Origin: Candidatus Uhrbacteria bacterium RIFCSPLOWO2_01_FULL_47_25
Lineage (GTDB): Bacteria; Patescibacteriota; Patescibacteriia; GWA2-46-9
DNA: 48,182 bases
Assembly: GCA_001791325.1 (NCBI GenBank)
Contig: MGEK01000006.1
Location: 1 to 48,182 of the forward strand
Reading direction: 5' to 3'
This document shows positions 22,408 to 31,595 of this stretch, in pieces; positions within the stretch are counted from its first letter, which is position 1, and every line of letters starts with the position of its first letter. The notes beneath the pieces were generated by a model, which made no database searches, was not told the origin of the DNA, and saw only the letters and a program-made list of their open reading frames with translations. Both the position numbers and the translations under genes were made by a program.

Positions 22408-23391
22408 ATGCTTTACGACGTTATAATCATCGGTGGTGGGCCGGCGGCCGTGGGCGTGGCGGTTTACGCGGCGCGCAAAAAATTAACCAGTTTGCTTATA
22501 ACAGAGACTTTCGGCGGTCAGTCAATTGTTTCCGATGATATCCAAAACTGGATTGGCGAGCCGCATATTGCTGGCTGGGAGCTGGCTCAAAAACTTGAGA
22601 AACATGCACGTGACTATCCTGATGTTTTGACCATTAAAGATGGTGAACGGATTGTGGCGGTTCAGGAAATCGCCTGCAGTCAGGATAGGATTTGCGATTT
22701 TGAAGTGGCCACGGAAAAAGGGGAAAAATATCAAAGCAAAACAGTTATTGTGGCTTCGGGCGCGCGTCGTCGTAAGTTGGGCATTCCGGGCGAAAATGAA
22801 CTAAACGGCAAGGGCGTGGCTTATTGCTCCACTTGCGATGCTCCGCTTTTTAAAGACAAAACAGTGGCCGTTGTCGGCGGCGGCAACGCCGGTCTGGAAG
22901 CGGTTATTGATCTTATTCCTTATGCTTCTAAAATCTATTTGGTTGAATATGGAGAAACATTAAAGGGCGATGCCGTTACTCAAGCAGAAATTAAGAAAAA
23001 TCCTAAAGTTGAAATTTTATTAAATACTCAAACCGTGGCTGTGTTGGGTGATAAATTCGTGCAAGGGTTGAAATGTCTGGATCGCAAAACCAATAAGGAG
23101 AAAACGCTTGATGTTGGCGGCTTGTTCGTGGAAATCGGGTCTGTTCCTAATTCGGAGATTGTTAAAGGATTAGTAGAGATTGATAAATTTGGGCAGATTG
23201 TTACTGACGCCAAATACGCGACCACTTCGCACGCTGGCATATTCGCGGCTGGTGATGTTACGGATGATCCGTTTAAGCAAAACAACATTTCGGTTGGTGA
23301 TGGCGTGCGAGCGGCCTTGTCCGCTTATGATTATTTATTGAAGCGTCAGAAGATGAGCCCGGCGGCGGAAACAGCGAGACACGGCGATTAA
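22408..23391 (+). CDS. trxB: Thioredoxin reductase / AhpF-like FAD oxidoreductase
   Basis: YDVIIIGGGPA, GVAYCSTCDAP (CxxC), VVGGGNAG, GIFAAGDVT. Start moved to ATG 22408. Confidence 0.85.
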   Translation: MLYDVIIIGGGPAAVGVAVYAARKKLTSLLITETFGGQSIVSDDIQNWIGEPHIAGWELAQKLEKHARDYPDVLTIKDGERIVAVQEIACSQDRICDFEVATEKGEKYQSKTVIVASGARRRKLGIPGENELNGKGVAYCSTCDAPLFKDKTVAVVGGGNAGLEAVIDLIPYASKIYLVEYGETLKGDAVTQAEIKKNPKVEILLNTQTVAVLGDKFVQGLKCLDRKTNKEKTLDVGGLFVEIGSVPNSEIVKGLVEIDKFGQIVTDAKYATTSHAGIFAAGDVTDDPFKQNNISVGDGVRAALSAYDYLLKRQKMSPAAETARHGD

Positions 23392-23411
23392 AATAAAAGA
23401 CGACGCCGCTC

Positions 23412-23621
23412 TCATTCTGAGTGCGGCGTCGTGGTGGTTTCGTGGTCGCTGTCCACATACCGGAAGAAGTGGGCAAAAAACAAGAGCGCTGCCAGAAAAA
23501 TGAGAAGAGGTAATACTAGAAGCGCTATTGGCCCCCACACCTCATTCTCAATCCGAGCGGCCAAAAAGAAGCCGATCTGTCCCGCGATGACCATTAAAGC
23601 CCAAAACACTATACCCGGCAT
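23412..23621 (-). CDS. Small two-TM membrane protein
   Basis: Two hydrophobic segments; strong SD AAGGAGG just upstream of the ATG on the minus strand. Confidence 0.55.
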   Translation of the reverse strand: MPGIVFWALMVIAGQIGFFLAARIENEVWGPIALLVLPLLIFLAALLFFAHFFRYVDSDHETTTTPHSE

Positions 23622-23809
23622 TTGACCCTCCTTTTGGTTTCAGCGTGACGTACGTTGAGGGGAAGTATATAGATTTTTTTAGATTTGTCAACGCCTGTAA
23701 AATTTTATATAGTGATCACGAATCGTCGTGCCCAAAGCAGATCCCTGCCCGCCGGTAGGCGCGGCGCCTCTGGCGGAGAATCCAGAAGTTTGTACTTTAT
23801 ACATTGAGC

Positions 23810-23894
23810 GGAAGGGTCGCATAGAGGCCTAGTGCGCCTGCTTGGAGAGCAGGTATACCGAAAGGTATCGCGAGTTCGAATCTCGCCCCTTCCG
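23810..23894 (+). tRNA. tRNA-Ser(GGA)
   Basis: Acceptor GGAAGGG/CCCTTCC, anticodon arm CCTGC-TTGGAGA-GCAGG, long variable arm, GTTCGAATC, discriminator G; no encoded CCA. Confidence 0.95.
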
Positions 23895-24100
23895 CTCAGT
23901 GTGAAATATTTACCCCGCACCGTCCCGCCATGTGCGAGAGAGAGCAGGTACCCCGCATGGAGGAGTCACGACCGAGGAGACGGTAGCCAGATGAGAGTTG
24001 TGACCGAATCTTGCCTTTGGTAGCAACATTTAGTATCGTTAGATCGAGATGGTTTGAGATTAAGTTGTCTGTTGTAGTTTAAAAATTTAGTCCCCATATT

Positions 24101-25009
24101 ATGTCTAGGGAAGGAAAATATTGGTTCAATGACGAGGACAATGTTGTTGAAAATAAAGCGACCCGCACTCCTGACTCAATATCAGAGGTGCCGCAGGGGG
24201 AAATAAATAGAGAAAGAGACCAGCAGAGTCGTCTATTGGTCGTTAAGGAGGCTCCTCCTCTTGTGCACGGGAGCGAACGGCGAGATGAAGCAACACAACA
24301 GGAGACGAAGGAGGTATGCCGTAAGCCCAGCACAGTCACCGATTCTGAGCGAGAAGTCGGTAAAGAACGAGAGGTCAGCCTCGAGCCAGAAGGAAATGAT
24401 CAAGAAAAACTAAGTGAGAGATCGTTCATTGTGAGCCTTTTGGGTCTTACAGCTTCCGGAAAAAGCACAGTCACCGGGTTGTTGACAAAAACTTTTGAAG
24501 AAGAGGGAGTTTCGTGCACCGTTATAAAGAAAGATGATGCAATTCGCAGGCTAGCTCGGGAAAGATTTGGAGAACGACAGGAGTGGCGAGGCTACGCACC
24601 CGTACGTGGTTTTGGTGAACAGGACGTGAATGCCGAAATAAATCGAGAGATTCTTCAAGTATTAGGAAAGGCCAAGGTGATATTTCTGGAGGGCGGAACC
24701 AGAACCAGACGTTCGCTTGCTACTACTCTTCATGGTGTTGAGGGTCAGGCAGATTATCGTATTATCAAATTCGACGTGTCGCCGCTCGAAATCATGAGAC
24801 GATTGGCTGGGAGAAGAAGGCGCACAAAGCGGATTGACGATGCTCTTCCTTTGGCTTTTTTTAAGTTGGTAGGGCAATATATTCGTCCTCTGCTCACCGA
24901 TGCCCCAAGCAGGCGCGATCACGACGTCGAGGTGGTTGATGCTAACCAACCACCCGAGCGAGTGGCGGAAGCAGTGAAGGGGATTATCAACAGAGGACTG
25001 AAGAGATAA
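24101..25009 (+). CDS. P-loop NMP-kinase-like protein with a disordered N-terminus
   Basis: Walker A GLTASGKST, LEGGTR, VVDANQPPERV. Confidence 0.7.
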   Translation: MSREGKYWFNDEDNVVENKATRTPDSISEVPQGEINRERDQQSRLLVVKEAPPLVHGSERRDEATQQETKEVCRKPSTVTDSEREVGKEREVSLEPEGNDQEKLSERSFIVSLLGLTASGKSTVTGLLTKTFEEEGVSCTVIKKDDAIRRLARERFGERQEWRGYAPVRGFGEQDVNAEINREILQVLGKAKVIFLEGGTRTRRSLATTLHGVEGQADYRIIKFDVSPLEIMRRLAGRRRRTKRIDDALPLAFFKLVGQYIRPLLTDAPSRRDHDVEVVDANQPPERVAEAVKGIINRGLKR

Positions 25010-25063
25010 GGATCGTAATCTTGAGATTGTAAAGAGTAAAATTTTAGCTATAATTTTATTTGT

Positions 25064-26395
25064 ATGCCACCAGGAGAACGCGGAGGATACAACCCCGAAC
25101 AGCTTATTCCTTCGGAGCCGACACAGCCAAAGGACATTCTTGCGGAACTTGACGCACAATCAGTAGAGATCAAAAAGCGTCGTTCCTTGAAGATCACTCG
25201 TCCTTCTAATGTTCGTGGTCCTGAACGAAAAGTTGACGCTAAACGTCCCGAGCAGGAACGCAACCTCATTGTACGTTTTGAGCGTGAAGAAATATTACGT
25301 ATCTATAAATTATTACGAGAAAAAGGGGCGCACGCGGGCAAATCCTCTGAAGGGAAGCCCTCAGAATTATTAAAACGATTCCGTGAACGCGCGAAGCAGC
25401 TAGAGCGCAACCTTGACCTTTTGAGTGAACAATTATACAAGAACGTTCGTCCCGTGCAGATTGAAGACGCAGATATTGGCCAACACGTTGTTCCGGTGGC
25501 TGAGCTTTGTTTACCGGATGATCAACGCGAACGAACCGATAAGGACACTCCTTATGTTACGCTCGCTGGTATTGCGACAAATCATCACCAACAGGCCGCT
25601 CTGGCTATGGCCATGGCTTTGCAAGGGAAGCGAGTGTTCGCGATGACGCATCCAGGAAATGCTCTCGCCAAGACGCCAAAAGATTGGGCAAAACATGTTC
25701 GCCAGGATGGAACCTATCGGCTTCAGGCGAAAGTTCTTCAAGAAGCTGTGAAGAAACTTGGGCTCAAAGAGTTTCACATGGTTGGGTACTCAATGGGTGC
25801 TAGCGTTGCCCTTAAAGCAGCGCGCGATCCGGAGTTTAGCCGCGCCGCTAAAGAGATCGACCTTATTGAACCATTGGGCTTTGAAAATCTCGGGCTGGCT
25901 CGTTTGGGGTACCGCTTTTTAGGCAAAGAAACAGTTGGCGTCATGCGCGATCCCGAATCAAAGCTAAAAGCATTTTTATCGGGGAACAAGACGACCGGGC
26001 TCCCCGGCGGGCCGTTTATAGCCGATGCTTTTGCTTTGAGTAAAGAACAGTTTACAGTTAGAGAGCTCGCCGAACTCCGGCCGGAAGGGAAGTTGCGCAT
26101 CTGGACGATGAGTCAGAGTACTCTCGTGGATGTTGCCGCAGTACGAGGGAAGATTGCCGCCGCGAACGAGCTGCGCGAAGGCGCTACCGCCAATCACCCG
26201 ATAGAATTTTATACCGTCGAGGGTGATACCCATTCGACGCCACTTATCCATGCCAACGGGTTTGCAAGTATGTTGGAACATGGTCCTGGGGTTCCTTCGG
26301 GCGATGAAGTAAGTATAGCCCAGCTAGATAATTCTGCGGCGCGAGCATTATTTAGGGGGGTCGTCGACGCTGAGTCTAGGAAGGAGAGAATTTGA
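25064..26395 (+). CDS. Alpha/beta hydrolase
   Basis: Nucleophile elbow GYSMG, LIEP, late His in EGDTH. Confidence 0.75.
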   Translation: MPPGERGGYNPEQLIPSEPTQPKDILAELDAQSVEIKKRRSLKITRPSNVRGPERKVDAKRPEQERNLIVRFEREEILRIYKLLREKGAHAGKSSEGKPSELLKRFRERAKQLERNLDLLSEQLYKNVRPVQIEDADIGQHVVPVAELCLPDDQRERTDKDTPYVTLAGIATNHHQQAALAMAMALQGKRVFAMTHPGNALAKTPKDWAKHVRQDGTYRLQAKVLQEAVKKLGLKEFHMVGYSMGASVALKAARDPEFSRAAKEIDLIEPLGFENLGLARLGYRFLGKETVGVMRDPESKLKAFLSGNKTTGLPGGPFIADAFALSKEQFTVRELAELRPEGKLRIWTMSQSTLVDVAAVRGKIAAANELREGATANHPIEFYTVEGDTHSTPLIHANGFASMLEHGPGVPSGDEVSIAQLDNSAARALFRGVVDAESRKERI

Positions 26396-26413
26396 GTCGC
26401 TCGTCCCCTCCGT

Positions 26414-27637
26414 TCAGGGCAGAAGTTTAGTTAATTTGTCTAAAACTTGATTTCTCTCTTTCATACTGCGCGCGTGCATGACCACGATAATGTCGTCGCC
26501 TTTCTTTATTGCAACGCATCGTTGCGCTTCAATTAAAAATCCCACCTTAACCGCGTCAGGCTGGTAAGCCTGCAGGCTGGCGTTATGGTCATTAACTTTA
26601 ATACTTCGCGGAGCGATGTTACGCGTGGTGATAATATAATTATCTTGCCGCGTGGCGGCAACTATTTCTTGCTGACTAAATGCGGCCTTGGCGATAATAG
26701 TCATCTCATACGGCGTGGTAACATTGTGCGCGTCAAGGCCGGTTGGTTCAAAGAATAGCGTGTGCTTTAGCCCGAGTTCTGCCACTTTTTTATTCATCGC
26801 CGCCGCAAACATTGGACGCGACAATCCCGAGGCGTCCACGAGCGCCATGGTTGCTTGGTTAGATGAGGCAACGAGCATTGCTACCCACAAATCGTAGGCA
26901 CTGACCACGTCGCCGTCTTGCAATTTAACTTCACTAGTTGTATCGTCGCCGACGAGTGAAGCGGGGTAGTCAAGTTGCGCTTGGGTAATTGTTATTGTTC
27001 GGTCCCAGTTTAGCGGAGTTTGATCAAGCAGTGCGAGCGCTGTTACCAGTTTGCTCATTGAGGCCGGCGGCAGAATTTGATTTTCGTTTTTACCAGTTAT
27101 GATTTTGCCGTCGCGCAGGAAGGCGTAGGCAACGTCATCAAAAGTAGTATCATGCACTATCTGTGATGGGTTGATGGGAATGGTTCGCAAATCAGCGTTG
27201 CTGACCCCAAGCGCAAATTTTTTCATGAGGGCATAAGCCGTCTCGCCGTCTCTCATATAGTAACGCAATCCGTCAAGCGGGTTCACGTACCAAGCTTCTC
27301 CGCGATCTTCTACTTGCAGTAAAATTCGGCCAGACAAACGCGTTGCCAGTTGGCTGTTTCGCGGCCCCATCGTGTTGGTTGGAATTTTCGCGAGATCAGC
27401 GTTGGTTATGCCCAAGCCCATCGTGCGCATTATTTCGTATGCCGTTGGCCCATCTTTTAGGTAGTAGCGAGTGTCGTCGGTTGGATTAACGTACCAGGCT
27501 CGGCCATAGCTTTCCACCTGCAAGAGGATTCTGCCCTTAAGGTGTTCCGTCAAATCGTTATCCGACGCAAAAGTAGGCAAAGGCGCAAAAAACGTTATAC
27601 TCATTGCGCCAATGAACAATAAAACAATCTTTTTCAT
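26414..27637 (-). CDS. D-alanyl-D-alanine carboxypeptidase (peptidase S11) with duplicated N-terminal repeats
   Basis: SxxK (ASMSK), SSN, EPTGLD, KVG in place of KTG; two GRILLQVE..G.AWYVNP repeats; signal peptide. Confidence 0.85.
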   Translation of the reverse strand: MKKIVLLFIGAMSITFFAPLPTFASDNDLTEHLKGRILLQVESYGRAWYVNPTDDTRYYLKDGPTAYEIMRTMGLGITNADLAKIPTNTMGPRNSQLATRLSGRILLQVEDRGEAWYVNPLDGLRYYMRDGETAYALMKKFALGVSNADLRTIPINPSQIVHDTTFDDVAYAFLRDGKIITGKNENQILPPASMSKLVTALALLDQTPLNWDRTITITQAQLDYPASLVGDDTTSEVKLQDGDVVSAYDLWVAMLVASSNQATMALVDASGLSRPMFAAAMNKKVAELGLKHTLFFEPTGLDAHNVTTPYEMTIIAKAAFSQQEIVAATRQDNYIITTRNIAPRSIKVNDHNASLQAYQPDAVKVGFLIEAQRCVAIKKGDDIIVVMHARSMKERNQVLDKLTKLLP

Positions 27638-27764
27638 AAGCTATATTATAGTAAATATTGGGTATAATGAAAATCTGCCCTGTTCAGATTGTTGAAATAA
27701 TATTACAATGTATGCACAGACTTAATGCTTAATCATACATAGTGACTTATAAACTTTTTTGTTT

Positions 27765-28727
27765 ATGTTATCTCAAGCCATAAAAAATTTTCCCAAACAA
27801 TTTTCTTTTGAGCCGATCATTGAGAACAAGGAGGGGCTTAAATCAGCCTCCAAATTTGTGGTTGCCGGCATGGGTGGCTCCAATCATGCCACGGATGTTT
27901 TGAAGGCCTGGAAGCCAGAATTAGATATCATTGTCCATCGTGATTATGGGCTGCCGATCGCTAATGATCTAAAAAATCGTTTCGTTATCGCTTGTTCATA
28001 TTCGGGCAATACAGAAGAGACAATTGACTCATTTAACACCGCCGTAAAAAATAATTTATCAGTTGCTGTTATTGCCAAAGGTGGAAAGTTGATTGATTTA
28101 GCTAAAAAGCACATAGCGCCCTATATTGTACTTCCGGACACTGGCATTCAGCCGCGTTCAGCCATAGGCTTTATGTTTATGGCTCTTTTGAAAATCATGG
28201 GAGATGAGGCTGATTTGAAAGAGGCATCAAGAATGGTTGAAATTTTGCAGCCGGTGTCAACCAAGATTCCGGGTCGCGAACTGGCCAATAAATTAAAAGG
28301 TTACGCGCCAGTGATTTATGCCTCAAGTCGCAACTATGCTGTGGCTAACAACTGGAAAGTTAAGTTCACGGAAAACACGAAGATCCCCGCCTTTATGAAC
28401 GTTTTTCCAGAACTCAATCACCACGAGATGAATGGGTTTGATGCGGCAAAAAGTACTCGGGAATTGACTGCGCCATTCCACTTTATTTTTTTGCGAGACG
28501 ACGAAGACAATCCTCGCGTCATTAAACGAATGGCAATTTTACAAAAGATGTATACAGACAGGGAATTGCCAGTGGAAGTTATTAACTTAACAGGTCAGTC
28601 ACGCCTGGAGAAGATATTTTCTTCGTTACTGTTGGCCGATTGGACCTCCCTGGCTCTGGCCGAAATTTATGGCATTGATCCCGAACCTACGCCAATGGTG
28701 GAAGAGTTTAAGAAATTGATAGCTTAG
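27765..28727 (+). CDS. Bifunctional phosphoglucose/phosphomannose isomerase
   Basis: SIS domain GMGGS, SYSGNTEET, QPR, EN.K, PELNHHE. Confidence 0.9.
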   Translation: MLSQAIKNFPKQFSFEPIIENKEGLKSASKFVVAGMGGSNHATDVLKAWKPELDIIVHRDYGLPIANDLKNRFVIACSYSGNTEETIDSFNTAVKNNLSVAVIAKGGKLIDLAKKHIAPYIVLPDTGIQPRSAIGFMFMALLKIMGDEADLKEASRMVEILQPVSTKIPGRELANKLKGYAPVIYASSRNYAVANNWKVKFTENTKIPAFMNVFPELNHHEMNGFDAAKSTRELTAPFHFIFLRDDEDNPRVIKRMAILQKMYTDRELPVEVINLTGQSRLEKIFSSLLLADWTSLALAEIYGIDPEPTPMVEEFKKLIA

Positions 28728-29521
28728 GAGCTCGGCTGAATAATAATCATGGCTGTTTGCGGATTGGGGTTTGGTTCACGGTGACCGGTGGGGTAGTCAA
28801 CGATAGCCTGCGCGACCACGTTGCTTTTGTATCGGTAATTTTGGCCGCGGCGCGTGCCCGGGTCATTCGTCACGAATTCATCCGTCTTTTCGTCATAGTC
28901 AAAAATAACAAGCATATGCTCAGGCGGGCCAGGTTGGCGGTAGTAGGGATTGCCTAATTTTCTGCCGTCGGTCGGCACCAGCACGAGATTGCCATCTATT
29001 AATGATGCTTTAATATCTTCGGCGGAGATATCGTGTTGCACAGTTATGTTGTTGTAGTTATAGTATTCGCGAAAAATTTTTGCCGTATCTTCGGCCGAGG
29101 TGCTGCGCCATTCGCCAATCGTTTTTTCTTCAAACGCGGAAATGGCAAGAATTTCATCAAGCGCTTGTGATTTGGTAAAAGTGGTGCCCTCTATCCAGTG
29201 CCAAGCCATTACTAGACTGGCTTCTTCGCAACCATCTTGCTGACGCGGATCCTGCCAATCGCCAAACGGCGCCTGCGCCGTGAAAGGAACAGGGCGTGGT
29301 TTTAGGGGGACAATTTTAGCCGGCGCCGAAATCGTTGATTTAATTTCATTTGTAAGCTGGGAAATTACGGTATTATTTTGAATAAATTGAGGATTCGTGT
29401 TAGCGACATTAACGGGGTTGAGCTTCTTTTCTTGTGTATATGGCAACGGCAGCTTCGCTAAGCCCCACAAGAGTAGGCCTAGGGTTATAATGGCGATTAA
29501 AGTCCGTTGTTTAGTCGTCAT
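28724..29521 (-). CDS. Peptidase C39-like exported protein
   Basis: VPFTAQAP, DGCEEASL (Cys), HMLVI, TNDPGT. Confidence 0.8.
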   Translation of the reverse strand: MTTKQRTLIAIITLGLLLWGLAKLPLPYTQEKKLNPVNVANTNPQFIQNNTVISQLTNEIKSTISAPAKIVPLKPRPVPFTAQAPFGDWQDPRQQDGCEEASLVMAWHWIEGTTFTKSQALDEILAISAFEEKTIGEWRSTSAEDTAKIFREYYNYNNITVQHDISAEDIKASLIDGNLVLVPTDGRKLGNPYYRQPGPPEHMLVIFDYDEKTDEFVTNDPGTRRGQNYRYKSNVVAQAIVDYPTGHREPNPNPQTAMIIIQPSS

Positions 29522-29691
29522 GGCCTTATATTATCTTAATAGATATCTGATGGCAAAGTTTTGGCTATTAGCGATTTATGTTATACTGAACTTAGTTATT
29601 AAAATTAAGTTATACTCCGCAATATTGTTGCGCAGTAGAGTTTTTGTTTTAATGCAGTAACTCGTCTCTCTATGGAGATTAGGGGTAAGAC

Positions 29692-29715
29692 ACATTCGCA
29701 CGAATGAGCGAATAT
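29692..29715. promoter_or_regulatory. 8-mer box array upstream of ArsR-1 (putative operator)
   Basis: ACATTCGC ACGAATGA GCGAATAT; shares 21 identical bp with 30037-30057. Confidence 0.6.
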
Positions 29716-29750
29716 GATTCATATTGATGAATAATAAGTAAATAATAAAT

Positions 29751-30011
29751 ATGAGACAGCTTAGCAAACTTTTTAGAGTTCTGGGGAACGAACGACGATT
29801 GCGGATTTTAACATTACTGGAGCGCGGGCCGCGCACGGTTGACAGTATTGCCGAGAATCTTAAGCTGTCGGTGAAGAGCACCTCAAAACACCTTCTGCGA
29901 TTGGAAGAGGCCGGTTTAGTTGGCCGTGAGGCCAAGGGCCGTTATGTTTATTATAAGCCAAAGCATTTGACTATGAAGAAATTATTGACCATAGAGCGTT
30001 TGTGTCGATAG
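29751..30011 (+). CDS. ArsR/SmtB-family winged-helix regulator
   Basis: FRVLGNERRLRIL...STSKHLLRLEEAGLV...GRYVYY. Confidence 0.9.
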   Translation: MRQLSKLFRVLGNERRLRILTLLERGPRTVDSIAENLKLSVKSTSKHLLRLEEAGLVGREAKGRYVYYKPKHLTMKKLLTIERLCR

Positions 30012-30027
30012 TATCAACATCAGTTAG

Positions 30028-30059
30028 ATATTCGCTCATTCGCACGAATGAGCGAATGT
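30028..30059. promoter_or_regulatory. Palindromic 4x8-bp box downstream of ArsR-1
   Basis: ATATTCGC TCATTCGC ACGAATGA GCGAATGT; 13-bp perfect IR. Confidence 0.65.
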
Positions 30060-30112
30060 GGGAGATGAAGAATGTTGGTAGGAGGCGTGATGGTGTGACG
30101 AGGCGACGGAAG

Positions 30113-30523
30113 ATGGATAGAAATAAAAGACGGTCGTTTGAGCTTCGCGGTCGGGTAATTAGAGGCGATGGCTTGGGTTGCGCGCTTGGCTATCCGACGG
30201 CTAACTTGACTCGTCATTATTTTCACTATCATCACGTGCCCGATGGGGTGTATTTTGGCTTCGTCAATTTTGGCGCCAGTCGCCCGCCCACCCGTTCACT
30301 GACTGGTCTGCCTGCTTTAGCGATTGTGGGAGTAAATAAAAAGGTTGAAGTCTACATTCTTAATTGGCATAAGATTTTATATGGACGTTATTTGCGCATG
30401 GAGCTTATAAAAAAAATCAGGCCCTTGCGTTCATTCACCAGCCCGGGGGCGCTTAAATCACAAATTAAAAAAGATATCATTGTCGCTCGGCGTATTCTTA
30501 GTTATCAAAAAAATAACTTTTAA
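30113..30523 (+). CDS. Stand-alone riboflavin kinase (RibF kinase domain only)
   Basis: GRVIRGDGLG..LGYPTAN, GVY, LYG, IRP...F, QI.KDI. Start uncertain. Confidence 0.85.
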   Translation: MDRNKRRSFELRGRVIRGDGLGCALGYPTANLTRHYFHYHHVPDGVYFGFVNFGASRPPTRSLTGLPALAIVGVNKKVEVYILNWHKILYGRYLRMELIKKIRPLRSFTSPGALKSQIKKDIIVARRILSYQKNNF

Positions 30524-30554
30524 CTTTTAAATTTTGCATTTTGACTTTACATTT

Positions 30555-31133
30555 GTGTTCACTGGCATAATCATTTCTCGGGGAACAGTCCGTCGTCGCC
30601 AAACGTTACGAGAGAACGCGGCTGTTGCTTTAGCTATTCCCCGCGCCCATTTGCGTCGTGGCGATTCAGTAGCTGTCAATGGCGTTTGTCTAACTGTGAC
30701 CTCGACGGCCAGGGGATTGTACAATGTTGTTATCATGCCGGAAACACTGCGCCGTACGACCTTGCGGCGTATTCAGAAAGGCGATAAGGTGAATGTAGAA
30801 TTACCCTTGAGATATGGCGAGCCATATGGCGGACATTTTGTGTTGGGCCACATTGATACCGTCGGTAAAGTTAATGATGTCAAAAGAGGAAAAGGCGGGA
30901 TAGTGGCAAGAATTTCATTTCCCGCTCGTTTTCGTCATCTGGTAGTAGCCAAGGGTTCCATTGCCATTGATGGCGTCAGCTTGACGATTGTGGGCGTTCA
31001 TCATAATTGGGTTACCGTAGCCCTGATCCCCCATACGCTTCAGCGCACGACACTTGGGGCTCTTAGTAAAGGAAGTCAAGTAAATATAGAATTTGATATT
31101 TTTGCGCGTTACGTTCATGCAACGAGCCGTTAA
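30555..31133 (+). CDS. ribE: Riboflavin synthase (alpha chain)
   Basis: GTG start gives MFTGII; GDSVAVNGVCLTV, GGHFVLGHID, KGSIAIDGVSLT. Confidence 0.93.
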   Translation: MFTGIIISRGTVRRRQTLRENAAVALAIPRAHLRRGDSVAVNGVCLTVTSTARGLYNVVIMPETLRRTTLRRIQKGDKVNVELPLRYGEPYGGHFVLGHIDTVGKVNDVKRGKGGIVARISFPARFRHLVVAKGSIAIDGVSLTIVGVHHNWVTVALIPHTLQRTTLGALSKGSQVNIEFDIFARYVHATSR

Positions 31134-31584
31134 AAAAATTACCGTGAGTTCAAAAAGCCGCAGTCTCAAGCTGGCGGTAGTTGTTGCTGATTTTAATGAA
31201 GAAATAACAAAAGGACTTTTAAAAGGAGCGTTAAAAGCCATTCACGATAGCGGACTTGAGAGGAAGCAAGTCAGAGTTTATCACGTGGCCGGATCATTTG
31301 AAGTGGCCGAGCTCGCCATGCGTTTAGCCAAAACCAAGCGCCTTGAAGCTATTGTTTGTTTGGGGGCGATTATTAAGGGCGAAACAACGCACGATCAGCA
31401 TCTCGCGAGCGCTGTTACTCATGGCCTAATGCAAATCGGCTTAGATACGGGCGTGGCAATCGGTCTTGGGGTTATCACAGCGAATAATATGGTCCAAGCT
31501 CGCGCCCGCTGTGGCGCGGACAAATATAATCGCGGTTATGCCGCCGTCGTGGCCGCTATTTTATTGGCCACACAAAAAATTTAA
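31117..31584 (+). CDS. ribH: 6,7-dimethyl-8-ribityllumazine synthase
   Basis: FNEEIT, V.GSFE, CLGAIIKGETTH. Confidence 0.93.
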   Translation: MQRAVKKITVSSKSRSLKLAVVVADFNEEITKGLLKGALKAIHDSGLERKQVRVYHVAGSFEVAELAMRLAKTKRLEAIVCLGAIIKGETTHDQHLASAVTHGLMQIGLDTGVAIGLGVITANNMVQARARCGADKYNRGYAAVVAAILLATQKI

Positions 31585-31595
31585 CCGCTACGGCT

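Noticed and set aside
29520-30110. FMN riboswitch before the rib genes
   Set aside because: No recognisable RFN consensus; the structure present is the ArsR-flanking boxes.
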